Positions 42,719 through 52,164 of a stretch of 64,000 bases of DNA are shown here, one piece after another (position 1 is the stretch's first letter; each line of letters starts with the position of its first letter). The notes below the pieces were generated by a model that was given only the letters and a program-made list of their open reading frames with translations, was not told where the DNA came from and did not search any database. Origin of the DNA: Ruminococcus bicirculans (ex Wegman et al. 2014) (GTDB lineage: Bacteria; Bacillota; Clostridia; Christensenellales; DTU072); NCBI GenBank assembly GCA_963642145.1, contig CAVIFU010000002.1, positions 9,023 through 73,022 of the forward strand, in the 5' to 3' direction. Both the position numbers and the translations under genes were made by a program.

Positions 42719-45340
42719 ATGACTAAGATTCTTTTACTCGACAGCAATAGTTTGGTGAACAGAGCTTTCTACGCTCTGCCACCGTTAGAAAACAAAAAAG
42801 GCGTGTTTACCAACGCGATTTTCGGATATTTGTCGATGCTTTCAAGGCTTATTACGGATGTAAACCCTACCCACATAGGAGCTGTCTTTGATTTGAAAGC
42901 ACCGACGTTCCGTCATAAAAAATATGCCGAATACAAAGGTAAGCGCAAGCCGATGCCCGAAGAACTTGCTTGTCAGATTCCCATCCTTAAAGAGCTCATA
43001 GCCGAGATGGGTATAAAAATTTTAACACTCGAAGGGTACGAAGCCGACGATATTATAGGAACAATCGCCAAGCGATTCGATTACGAAACGGTTATAGTAA
43101 GCGGAGATCGTGACGTATTGCAACTCGTAGATGGAAACACCGTTGTGTATAACACCAAGCGAGGAGTTACGGACATCAAAGAATATACTACGGAAACATT
43201 AAAAGATGAAGGTTTTACGCCGCGCAAGGTAATAGAATACAAAGCGCTTGCCGGAGATACATCCGATAACATTCCGGGATGCCCGGGCGTAGGAGAAAAA
43301 ACGGCGATAGGACTTCTCAACGAATACGGCGACGTAGATGGCATATATGCCTCCATAAACGATATCAAAGGCAAGCTCGGAGAAAGACTCAAAGAGAACA
43401 AAGATCTTGTATATCTTTCACGAGAGCTTGCTACGATAGATACCTGCGTGCCGATAGAATGTGAACTCAGCGACATCGAATTCAAAAAAGAAAATATAAG
43501 CGATAAGTTCATCGCGCACCTTAACGAACTCGAGTGCTTCAAACTTGTGCCGAGATTTAATTTCGGAGGCAACAAAGTGCCGCAAAAGGCGGAATCGAGC
43601 GTAAGCATAGTCGCCGATTTAGGGGCGACTCCGGTTAAGCCTCTCGGCGAAGAGAGCTTGCCTTTTGCAGAAGAAAAAAAGAGTCCCGAGCGCATTTATA
43701 TTAAAGACAAAGATCAACTTCACGACATTCTTAATTGTGCCCATGCGAACTTTTCGATTTCTGTCGGTAAAGACGTTGCTTTTGCATTTGACGAGAATAC
43801 AGAGTATGTAGTTAAGTGTGCGGAAACGTTAATAGACGACGGTATGAATTTCGAAGAGGCTATATGTTGCTTCCGCGATATACTCTGTTCTCCCGTGCAC
43901 AAAGTGTTTTTTGACGTTAAAGACAAGTTGCACTTGTTCAAAAACTATGACATTACGGTTTCGGAGCCATGGGACGATGTGCTGTTGAAGTCATATCTAT
44001 CAAATTCAAACTACACGTACAAATCGGAAGCCGAATTTATGAGCGCTAACGGCTATCCTGAGGACGGCGTTGCCGGTATATTCGACATTGACGTAAAGCT
44101 CAACGCGCAACTCAAAGAAAAAGATCTGCTACACTTGTATAACGACATAGAATTGCCGCTTGTCAAAATACTTTTTGATATGGAAAATAGCGGATTCTCG
44201 ATAGATATAGCGGTGCTGGACTCATTAAGCGAGAAATACACGGAAGAAATCAGAACTTTGACGGAAGAAATCTATCAAGTAGCCGGAGAGAAATTCAACA
44301 TCAATTCTGTTCGTCAGCTCGGGGATGTTCTGTTTGAGAAACTATCGTTGCCACACGGAAAAAAGACAAAGACAGGGTATAGCGTAGCCGCTGAGATATT
44401 GGAAGAGATAGACCATCCGATCATTTCGTTAATTTTGAGATACAGACAAATAAAGAAGTTGCTTTCTACTTATATCGAAGGTATGCGCGACGTGATAAAC
44501 AAGAACACCGGCAAGGTGCACACGATATTTAAGCAATGTTTGACAAGCACCGGACGGCTCTCATCAACAGAACCCAATCTGCAAAACATTCCCGTCAGAA
44601 CGGAAGAGGGCAGGGAGATCAGGCGCATGTTTGTGCCGAGCGCCGGCAATATATTGGTTACGGCGGACTACTCGCAAATCGAGCTCAGGTTGCTTGCGCA
44701 TTTTAGCGGCGATCCCGTTTTGACGGAGGCTTACAACACGGGGAAGGATATTCATGCGATAACCGCATCCAAAATTTACGACGTACCGCTATCGCTTGTC
44801 ACCAAAGAGATGAGACGTAGGGCAAAAGCCGTCAATTTCGGAATAATTTACGGGATTAGCGCATTTGGTTTGGCGCGTAATACCGGCATTAGTCCCGGAG
44901 AAGCCAAAGTATTCGTAGCTAAGTATTTCGAAACTTATCCTTCAGTAAAAGCATATATGGACGCCAATGTCGCCTATGCGAAGGAACACGGCTATATCAG
45001 GACGCTCGAAGGAAGGATACGATATTTCCCGGAATTCAATTCGCCCAACAAAAATATACGCAATTTCGGCGAACGCGCGTCAATGAATATGCCGCTACAA
45101 GGTTCGGCGTCGGATATAATAAAAATAGCGATGATCAGAGTGTATAACGCACTGAACGCCGGCGGTTACAAGGCAAAAATAATTCTCCAAGTGCACGACG
45201 AACTCGTTATCGATTGCCCTATGGAGGAAGCGGACGAGGTTAAGAAATTGTTGGTCGACAATATGGAATCTGCCGTAAGACTTAACATTCCGCTGATCGC
45301 AGACGGAAAATCAGGCAAGAACTGGTACATGGTGGAATAA
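42719..45340 (+). CDS. polA: DNA polymerase I
   Basis: 5'-nuclease domain (LLDSNSLVNRAFYA, GDRDVLQL), and polymerase motifs DYSQIELRLLAH, RRRAKAVNFGIIYG and QVHDELV. Confidence 0.96.
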   Translation: MTKILLLDSNSLVNRAFYALPPLENKKGVFTNAIFGYLSMLSRLITDVNPTHIGAVFDLKAPTFRHKKYAEYKGKRKPMPEELACQIPILKELIAEMGIKILTLEGYEADDIIGTIAKRFDYETVIVSGDRDVLQLVDGNTVVYNTKRGVTDIKEYTTETLKDEGFTPRKVIEYKALAGDTSDNIPGCPGVGEKTAIGLLNEYGDVDGIYASINDIKGKLGERLKENKDLVYLSRELATIDTCVPIECELSDIEFKKENISDKFIAHLNELECFKLVPRFNFGGNKVPQKAESSVSIVADLGATPVKPLGEESLPFAEEKKSPERIYIKDKDQLHDILNCAHANFSISVGKDVAFAFDENTEYVVKCAETLIDDGMNFEEAICCFRDILCSPVHKVFFDVKDKLHLFKNYDITVSEPWDDVLLKSYLSNSNYTYKSEAEFMSANGYPEDGVAGIFDIDVKLNAQLKEKDLLHLYNDIELPLVKILFDMENSGFSIDIAVLDSLSEKYTEEIRTLTEEIYQVAGEKFNINSVRQLGDVLFEKLSLPHGKKTKTGYSVAAEILEEIDHPIISLILRYRQIKKLLSTYIEGMRDVINKNTGKVHTIFKQCLTSTGRLSSTEPNLQNIPVRTEEGREIRRMFVPSAGNILVTADYSQIELRLLAHFSGDPVLTEAYNTGKDIHAITASKIYDVPLSLVTKEMRRRAKAVNFGIIYGISAFGLARNTGISPGEAKVFVAKYFETYPSVKAYMDANVAYAKEHGYIRTLEGRIRYFPEFNSPNKNIRNFGERASMNMPLQGSASDIIKIAMIRVYNALNAGGYKAKIILQVHDELVIDCPMEEADEVKKLLVDNMESAVRLNIPLIADGKSGKNWYMVE

Positions 45341-45903
45341 TGTTTATAGTAATAGCCGGCGGCATTGGATCCGGGAAAAGCGCGGTTTCGGATATAATAG
45401 AATCCGAAGGATATGTCGTTATCAGAGCAGACGATATAAACAGAGAACTTCTACTTAACGGCGAGTATCTGCGTAGGCTTATAAACAAGTTCCCGGAAGC
45501 ATTCGAAAACGGCGTCCTTGACAGGCGCAAATTGCGCAACATTATTTTTGAATCTGAACCGCGGCGTGCCGAACTTAACGCAATGGCGCATCCCATAATC
45601 CTTCGCGAACTCAAAAGCAGGGCAAGCCGTTATCCGCTTGCGTTTGCGGAAATTCCTCTTGCAGGGGAAAGTTTGGACGAAAGTTATTACGACATGTTAT
45701 GCGTTGTGACGGCGCCTGTAGACGTCAGAATTAAGCGAATCATAGCGCGCGACGGCGTCACGGAAGAAGAAGCGGCAGCCGCAATATCGGCGCAGAGCGC
45801 GGAGGCATTGCTTACCGAACGCGCCGATTATATCATAGAAAACGATGGCAGTTTAGCTGAATTATCGCAGAAAGTAAAAGAATTTATCAAGTATGTTCGA
45901 TAG
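45340..45903 (+). CDS. coaE: Dephospho-CoA kinase
   Basis: P-loop IAGGIGSGKS. Conserved polA-coaE adjacency with a 1-nt overlap. Confidence 0.9.
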   Translation: MFIVIAGGIGSGKSAVSDIIESEGYVVIRADDINRELLLNGEYLRRLINKFPEAFENGVLDRRKLRNIIFESEPRRAELNAMAHPIILRELKSRASRYPLAFAEIPLAGESLDESYYDMLCVVTAPVDVRIKRIIARDGVTEEEAAAAISAQSAEALLTERADYIIENDGSLAELSQKVKEFIKYVR

Positions 45904-47161
45904 AGTGATATTGCATTGCGATCTGAATAATTTCTATGCATCGGTTGAAGCGTTGCTGAATCCCGAATTAAAAGGCAAGGCGATTGCCGTTTGTGGAGAT
46001 CCGACAAGACGACACGGAATTGTGTTAGCCAAGTCGGAACTTGCAAAAAAAGCCGGAGTCCGTACGGGTGAAGCGATATGGGAAGCTAAGCAAAAATGCC
46101 CGGAACTTATAATTGTTCCTCCTACTTTTGCCGAATATGTTAAGTATTCGAGGATGGTAAGGGAAATATATACGGAATTCAGCTCAGAGGTAGAAAGCTT
46201 TGGTTTGGATGAATGCTGGGTCGATGTTACGGGATGTGTTAAACTTTTCGGAACCGGACCCGAGATAGCGGAGAAGATAAGAACAGAGGTTAAACGTCGC
46301 ACGGGAGGATTGACCGTATCCATAGGGGTATCGTTTACGAAAGTGTTTGCAAAACTCGGGAGCGATCTCAAAAAACCTGACGCAATAACCGTAATCAGCC
46401 CGGAAAACTATCGTACGATAGCTTGGAATTTAGACGCGTCCGATATGATATATGTCGGTCGCAGTACGCGCGCAAAACTCGCCAAACTGAATATAAACAC
46501 AATAGGGGACATAGCTCGCGCGGATAAAAATTTAATAGTCAAAACATTCGGCAAGGTTGGCGAAAAGTTATACGAAAATGCGTGCGGAACGGACGAAGAG
46601 CCCGTCAAATCATATACCGAAAAACACGTACCCGAAAGCGTAGGCAACGGTACAACCACAGCCGTGGACATTACCGACGTAAACGAGGCGTCTGCCGTTA
46701 TATACGCGTTATGCGAGATGATAGCGTTCAGATTGCGCACATATGACGCTGTCGCGGAGGGAGTCGGCGTTTATTTGAGGGATGTTGAGTTAAAGCACGC
46801 ATCCAAGCAATGTAAATTGCCTTATCCAACCAATTCTGCGGACATAATAGCTAAAAGCGCAATAGACTTAACAAAATCCTTATACGATTTCAAAAAGTTA
46901 CCGCATTTAAGGACTATAACGGTAAACGTATTCAAGCTTTCACCGTCAAACGAAGCAATGCAAAGCAGTATGTTTGAAGTCGACACAAAAAAGGACGACG
47001 CTTTGGGTAAAGCGATAGATAATTTGCGCTCGAAGTACGGCTATAACGTACTGAAAAGAGCCGTCAACCTCGGTTCGCTGTTTAATTGCGATTCAAAAGA
47101 AGCCGACGACGAGTTCCTGCCGTTCGATAAGAATATGAAAAATATTTCCGACGACGATTAA
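45893..47161 (+). CDS. dinB: Y-family DNA polymerase IV (DinB-like)
   Basis: ILHCDLNNFYASVE, SLDECWVDV and SIGVSFTKVFAKLGSD. Confidence 0.88.
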   Translation: MFDRVILHCDLNNFYASVEALLNPELKGKAIAVCGDPTRRHGIVLAKSELAKKAGVRTGEAIWEAKQKCPELIIVPPTFAEYVKYSRMVREIYTEFSSEVESFGLDECWVDVTGCVKLFGTGPEIAEKIRTEVKRRTGGLTVSIGVSFTKVFAKLGSDLKKPDAITVISPENYRTIAWNLDASDMIYVGRSTRAKLAKLNINTIGDIARADKNLIVKTFGKVGEKLYENACGTDEEPVKSYTEKHVPESVGNGTTTAVDITDVNEASAVIYALCEMIAFRLRTYDAVAEGVGVYLRDVELKHASKQCKLPYPTNSADIIAKSAIDLTKSLYDFKKLPHLRTITVNVFKLSPSNEAMQSSMFEVDTKKDDALGKAIDNLRSKYGYNVLKRAVNLGSLFNCDSKEADDEFLPFDKNMKNISDDD

Positions 47162-47178
47162 TTATAAACACTGTTTGA

Positions 47179-47205
47179 CAAGAGCGACGCATGGCGTCGC
47201 TCTTG
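47179..47205. terminator. Hairpin between convergent dinB and degV (probable bidirectional terminator, no clear U-tract)
   Basis: Perfect 12-bp stem CAAGAGCGACGC / GCGTCGCTCTTG with a 3-nt loop. Confidence 0.5.
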
Positions 47206-47214
47206 CAATATAGG

Positions 47215-48105
47215 TTACTCTTTAATCGGAGCCGGTCTGTCACCGCCTACGAAACAGAAACCTATCGTTCCGGGACCGCAGTGAGTTCCGATTACCGGTC
47301 CTACGTCAAATTGCCATACATCGGCGTTCGGAAGAGAGGCTTTGATACGCGTTTCGGCGCGCAGTGCGTCCTCGCGGCAGTTTGCGTTCATGATAACGAT
47401 AGGGTAGTTTACATCGACTTGCGCCACCAATTCATTTACGATGGTGAGGATTGCTTTGTTCTTGCCGGGAACCGTTGTGAAGGGGTTGAGCGTGCCTTCT
47501 GTGGTAAGCTTGATTACGGGCTTCAATTTTAGCATGGTGCCCAACAGAGCCTTGACGGCAGTGAGTCTACCGCCGCGCTTCAAGTATTGCAGATCATCCG
47601 CAACGAAGAAAGCGTTTATGTGTTCAACAAGCACGTCGAGCATTTCCGTAGTTTCAGCTACGGATTTGCCTGACTTGATGCTTTCATATGCGGCAACGAC
47701 GGCGATACCGGTTGCCATACTTATGCCTTTTGTGTCGTAGCGCGTGAACTTAACGTCGGGGTACTTCGGCTTTAATGTTTTGAGAGCCATTTCCAGATTG
47801 TTAAACGTGCCGCTCATTTTGCTACCGAAACTTACGTAGAATATTTCATCTCCTTTTTTGAAAGCGGGCTCAAATATATCGATGTATTCCTGCTCGTTTA
47901 GCGCGGAGGTGGTAGGCATATTGCCTGCATTTACTTTTGCAAAGAAATCATCGGATATTTCCGGGGTAATCAGTTCCGAACCTTTGGTCTCGCCACAAAT
48001 TGTATACGGCATTTTGATATAGCCCACGGACTCGGAAGTCAATCCGAGCTCCTTCGCTTTGAATAAATTCATCTCGCTGTCTGCGTCGTAAAAAAATTGT
48101 ATCAT
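47215..48105 (-). CDS. DegV family fatty-acid-binding protein (FakB-like)
   Basis: YVSFGSKMSGTFNN, DTKGISMATG, LQYLKRGGR and IGTHCGPGTIGF. The ORF-track start at 48240 was trimmed to the ATG at 48105, which is preceded by AGGAGA. Confidence 0.85.
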   Translation of the reverse strand: MIQFFYDADSEMNLFKAKELGLTSESVGYIKMPYTICGETKGSELITPEISDDFFAKVNAGNMPTTSALNEQEYIDIFEPAFKKGDEIFYVSFGSKMSGTFNNLEMALKTLKPKYPDVKFTRYDTKGISMATGIAVVAAYESIKSGKSVAETTEMLDVLVEHINAFFVADDLQYLKRGGRLTAVKALLGTMLKLKPVIKLTTEGTLNPFTTVPGKNKAILTIVNELVAQVDVNYPIVIMNANCREDALRAETRIKASLPNADVWQFDVGPVIGTHCGPGTIGFCFVGGDRPAPIKE

Positions 48106-48113
48106 GTTGTCTC

Positions 48114-51100
48114 CTATATGTTGAATTGTTTTTTCTCGCGGAGCACTGATTTTCTGCGTTCTATTTCCGCCACGAGTTCGGAGAGAACCTTTTCGCGGGA
48201 AAGCCACCAATCGCGTGACCATACCCTTACTATATCCCAACCCTTACTTTCTAAGAATTTGAATCTGTAAACATCTCTTTCGAGTACGCTTGTGCTGGAG
48301 TGGTAAGCTCTGTAATCGCACTCTATGCCCAGCACGTATTCTTTTAATTCGGGATCGAATATTCCGAGCGAGAGTTTATAATCGGTGTTGCCTAAATTGA
48401 TATCCACGCTGTATCCGAGTTTTTCGAGTTGCTCTTTAATCTGGATTTCATATGCACCTATGGGATCGATGATTTCTTGCGTGCGATGTAAGGATGCAAG
48501 TATGTTTTTGGCCTCTTGCGGCTTGCCATCGGATACCGCTCTTGCATATTGCAGGTATTTTTTCAGAAGTTTCGGTCCGTTGTTTTTGGTCGTTTCCGCA
48601 CGATCGAGCTCCTCCGGCTCGATACTTGTTACGACATAGACCTTGCTCTTTGCACGCGTGATGGCGACGTTCAAGCGATTCTCGCCGCCTTCTACGGAGA
48701 GAGAACCGAATTGAGCGACTACTTTGTCATAGTCGTTGCGTGCGTAACCTACGCTGAATATGATGATGTCGCGCTCTTCGCCCTGTACGTTCTCGAGATT
48801 TTTGACAAACAAACCGGCGTTTTCACCGTCAATCATTCTGTTACGCTCCGCAAATAATTGCTTGCGGAAAGAGGGCGATTTATCCGCCTCGGCGTCAAGC
48901 AGGTCCTCGATGTATTCTTTTTGCTCCATGTTGAACGTAACTATGCCGATAGTTTCGTCATTGGTGCGTTTTGCGAATATGTTTTTAACAAGTTTGACGA
49001 CGGCAACCGCTTCTTCATGGTTGTGACGATTTTGCCAACTGCCTTTGACTTTTATTCGTTCGATAGGCGGTGTGTCGGTATCTTTGGTTATGTTGGGTGC
49101 GATTTGCAGTTTGTTTTCGTAGAAGCTTGCGTTAGAAAAGTCAATCAGCTCTGCGTAACGGCTGCGATAGTGGTACGACAGGTGCACGGGGTAATATCTT
49201 GCCGTGGCAAGATCCAATAGGCTTTCAACTTCAAGAGCGGCTTGAGTAGACAGGTCAAAATTCGGATCGGAATAATAATCGCCGAAATATTTTTTGACAA
49301 AACCTGCCGTGGGGCGTAGCTGTTTATTGTCGCCGGCAACAACCACTTTGCTTCCGCGATATATGGAAGGCAAAGCGTTTTCTATAAAGATTTGCGACGC
49401 TTCGTCAAAGACAACCAAGTCGAATAAGTCTTTTTTGAGTGGCAAAATAGTGCTTACGACTTCCGGCGAAAGTAGCCAGCAGGGGAAAAGCCTCAGCAAA
49501 AAATCGTCAAAATAATCGAACATTTTGCGAATAGGGCGCAATCCGCGTTGTTTTTGTATTTCGTACAGGAAGTCTTTGTTGTGTTCAGCCGTCTTGAAGT
49601 ATTCGCGATAATCGTTACTGAATCCGGACATGGCAAGCTTTTCCGAAAGCTTTCTTTGATCGGCTTTTAGCTTCAGTATTCTGTTACGCAGATCGTCGAA
49701 TGTTACCGTTTTTGAGAGGTAAGGCTCGATATATCTGTCCATTGCGATAATCTCATGGTATATGCGTATCGGCATTATTTTAGAGATTACTTCTTGCATG
49801 GATTCGAGATCGTGCTCGGAATTATCGTACGCAAAATCGAGGAGTAGGCGAACGCCGGGACTTAACGACTTCAGCGCGTCGTTCATATCCCTGATCTTGA
49901 CGTAGTTGTCGAGTGCGTTTTCCAGTTGCTTCAAATAGACGGCGTTTCCGTTTATGAGTCCGCTGACAGCCAATGCATAGCCTTCGTTGTCCAATACTTT
50001 TTCGAGGCTGCGGAATTCTTCGGAGAAGTCATCGAGAGCTTGTTTGGCTACGTTCAAATCTATTTTAACGTTCTCGTAGTACTCGTTGTATTTTGACTTA
50101 ACGAACGGATAAATCGGCCACAAAATGGGGAAAGCCGAGGCTTTGAGCCATCCGGAAAGTGCGGGATGCTCGCAATCCGTAACGATACGAGCTACACGTC
50201 TGACGCTTTTGCGATCGGAAGCGTTGCGCTCGAAATAGAACGTTGCAAGATACCTGCTATGCGGATATTTGGATGAGTCAAACGGCAGTAAACCGGAAGC
50301 AAGCGTTTTTGATATCAGGGCGCGCGCTTCTTTGAGTTTGTGCATATCGATATCCGGCAAAACGTGTTCTACCATGCGATTGTCATTGATAAGTTCTCTA
50401 CGTCCGAGATAAAATTTAGCAAGGTTTTTATCTCCTATCAAACGGAGATTCTCGCTAAGTTCTGCGTAATTAGTGCGAATAATCGCCGTTTTCAGCATCT
50501 TGTTATACAACACATAGTCCTTACTGTCTTTGCCGATGTTGTAACTTCCGGCATACATTTCCTGCAAAGTAATGCCGAACTCGGTAGGCGTGAACAAAGT
50601 ATTGCTGATATCGCTCAGAATGGATATTTCGTGGTTGATGTTGGTCTCTGTTTGCTTATAAGTAGCATGCTCGTCCGCATAACTTGAAGACATCGTAATC
50701 GCATGCATCGTGCGTATACGCTCGAAGAACGCTATTTTATCTTTTTCGGGGTCGGGAATTAACACTGCTTTTGCGTTAAGCTTGCCGAGTCTTGAGAATA
50801 CGACATCGAGGGCCGCGCGCTTTTGGCTGACCACGAGTACACGTTTATGCTTGCACAATGCGTCCGATATGATATTTACGATCGTTTGCGATTTACCTGT
50901 TCCGGGGGGACCGTAAATTACGATATTGTTTTGCTTGTTTATCTCAGCCAAAGCGTTTTCTTGGGCGAAGTCAAGATCGTTGATAGGGTAGTAAGACGGC
51001 GTTTCCGAGCCTTTTACGCGTTTGGCTTTGCGCATCGAGCGCGAGTCCTTTTTTGTGGAGGCGGGAGACAAGAGTGCGTCTATGGACGGCGTTGTCAAAT

Positions 51101-51959
51101 TGTCTTTTTCGAGGGCGAGATAGTCGTTGTATATCGCGTTTGCCAGCGGAAATTTGCCGATAACGGCATAATTGCGCACTTCCACGCCATCGAGAGGCAT
51201 ACCGTAAGAATCGAACGTGGACAGACTTTTGCGTTTCGGAACGCGCAGTTTGAATCCGTTCGCATTCAAATAATCGACGACTTCATAGGCGTTTTTGAAG
51301 GTGTCGTCGGATTGGGGGTCAAATTCTTGGATTATCTTATCGACTGAGATATTGTGTTCTTTTGCATACGCGAGCACAAGCGCCTTGTTTAGCATTACCG
51401 GTTGGTTCGGCGTTAACGTCAATTCCGCATCATCCTTTTCGATGTTGATGTGGGCAGGGAAGAGAAGTAGCGGCGCTTTAAGTTGGATATCCTTTGAAAG
51501 ATACCCGACTACAAACGGGTAGCCGATATATAAGTCATAGAGTCCGGTTTCTTTTTCGGTTTCCTCGACTTCGCGTTTCAGATATTTCAATGCGCCGATT
51601 TGAGCGGAAGCAATAGACCCCACGCTCTTTTTTTGAGGTTGCTTTTTGACGGTAACGACTTCTTCGGTATCCGTTGCAAGCGTTTCGTTTACGGCGGTAA
51701 GACGCTCGATCTCTGCATTCGCTTCATCGATTTTTGTAGCCTGTTTTACCAATTTTGCGATGACCTTATCGTTTATCAAAGAAAAACTGCGACGTCTGTG
51801 CCACAAAAAATCCGTGAAGTCATCGGTATCGGAGCGGTTTTCCATTATGGCACCGATATCGTAATTGTATTTTTTGACTATGCCTTTAAGAAATAAACTG
51901 CGATTATTTCCGCTTATCTGAATAAATCTCTCTTTGTATTTTCCGTAAATAGGGTTCAT
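48114..51959 (-). CDS. 1281-aa fusion protein: DUF4011-like N-terminal region, Upf1-like SF1B helicase (AAA_11/AAA_12) and C-terminal DUF559/Vsr-like endonuclease domain
   Basis: Helicase motif I is GPPGTGKS (aa 350-357, nt 50889-50912). Other helicase motifs are Ia VLVVSQKRAALD, II VVFDEASQ (aa 849-856), III VVAGDNKQLRP, YHYRSRYAELIDF, QGEERDIIIFS and VI NRLNVAITRAK. The C-terminus carries IFDP..LGIECDYRAYH..RDVYRFKFLESKGWDIVRVWSRDWW. The N-terminus carries NRSLFLK, GLYDLYIGYPFVVG and APLLLFP. Confidence 0.85.
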   Translation of the reverse strand: MNPIYGKYKERFIQISGNNRSLFLKGIVKKYNYDIGAIMENRSDTDDFTDFLWHRRRSFSLINDKVIAKLVKQATKIDEANAEIERLTAVNETLATDTEEVVTVKKQPQKKSVGSIASAQIGALKYLKREVEETEKETGLYDLYIGYPFVVGYLSKDIQLKAPLLLFPAHINIEKDDAELTLTPNQPVMLNKALVLAYAKEHNISVDKIIQEFDPQSDDTFKNAYEVVDYLNANGFKLRVPKRKSLSTFDSYGMPLDGVEVRNYAVIGKFPLANAIYNDYLALEKDNLTTPSIDALLSPASTKKDSRSMRKAKRVKGSETPSYYPINDLDFAQENALAEINKQNNIVIYGPPGTGKSQTIVNIISDALCKHKRVLVVSQKRAALDVVFSRLGKLNAKAVLIPDPEKDKIAFFERIRTMHAITMSSSYADEHATYKQTETNINHEISILSDISNTLFTPTEFGITLQEMYAGSYNIGKDSKDYVLYNKMLKTAIIRTNYAELSENLRLIGDKNLAKFYLGRRELINDNRMVEHVLPDIDMHKLKEARALISKTLASGLLPFDSSKYPHSRYLATFYFERNASDRKSVRRVARIVTDCEHPALSGWLKASAFPILWPIYPFVKSKYNEYYENVKIDLNVAKQALDDFSEEFRSLEKVLDNEGYALAVSGLINGNAVYLKQLENALDNYVKIRDMNDALKSLSPGVRLLLDFAYDNSEHDLESMQEVISKIMPIRIYHEIIAMDRYIEPYLSKTVTFDDLRNRILKLKADQRKLSEKLAMSGFSNDYREYFKTAEHNKDFLYEIQKQRGLRPIRKMFDYFDDFLLRLFPCWLLSPEVVSTILPLKKDLFDLVVFDEASQIFIENALPSIYRGSKVVVAGDNKQLRPTAGFVKKYFGDYYSDPNFDLSTQAALEVESLLDLATARYYPVHLSYHYRSRYAELIDFSNASFYENKLQIAPNITKDTDTPPIERIKVKGSWQNRHNHEEAVAVVKLVKNIFAKRTNDETIGIVTFNMEQKEYIEDLLDAEADKSPSFRKQLFAERNRMIDGENAGLFVKNLENVQGEERDIIIFSVGYARNDYDKVVAQFGSLSVEGGENRLNVAITRAKSKVYVVTSIEPEELDRAETTKNNGPKLLKKYLQYARAVSDGKPQEAKNILASLHRTQEIIDPIGAYEIQIKEQLEKLGYSVDINLGNTDYKLSLGIFDPELKEYVLGIECDYRAYHSSTSVLERDVYRFKFLESKGWDIVRVWSRDWWLSREKVLSELVAEIERRKSVLREKKQFNI

Positions 51960-51985
51960 ACGGGCTCCTCGATTCGATTTTCTAT

Positions 51986-52014
51986 ATTATAACACGCGCG
52001 CGTTTGTTTGTAAA
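51986..52014 (-). promoter_or_regulatory. Near-consensus extended -10 promoter for the helicase-nuclease gene
   Basis: On the minus strand: TTTACA (52014-52009), 17-nt spacer ending in TGT, TATAAT (51991-51986). The RBS GAGGAG is at 51970-51965. Confidence 0.6.
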
Positions 52015-52113
52015 TTAGAAATATATCTACCGACTAAGTTTTACCGTTCTTGCAAGTGTATAGTCATTGTCGGATAAAAATAAAAAAATAATTGATAAAT
52101 GTACGTTTTTCGT

Positions 52114-52142
52114 TTCGGAATTTTGGAAAAATGTGGTATAAT
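52114..52142 (+). promoter_or_regulatory. Candidate extended -10 promoter for thyA-folA
   Basis: TGgTATAAT (52134-52142) with a weak -35 TTCGGA (52114-52119). Confidence 0.4.
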
Positions 52143-52164
52143 AATAAAAATTGTTGAGGTAGAC

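Noticed and set aside
43700-44100. Degenerate 3'-5' exonuclease motifs in PolA. Exo I reads FAFDENTE instead of DxE, and Exo II reads FFDVKDK.
   Set aside because: Loss of proofreading residues is the known state for Bacillus/Thermus-type Pol I enzymes, so this is not unusual.
48114-51959. Evidence for recent horizontal acquisition of the helicase-nuclease gene, from composition or mobile-element scars.
   Set aside because: Spot G+C counts overlap those of neighbouring core genes. I saw no flanking direct repeats, integrase, transposase or tRNA at the borders. A proper k-mer and codon-usage calculation is still needed.
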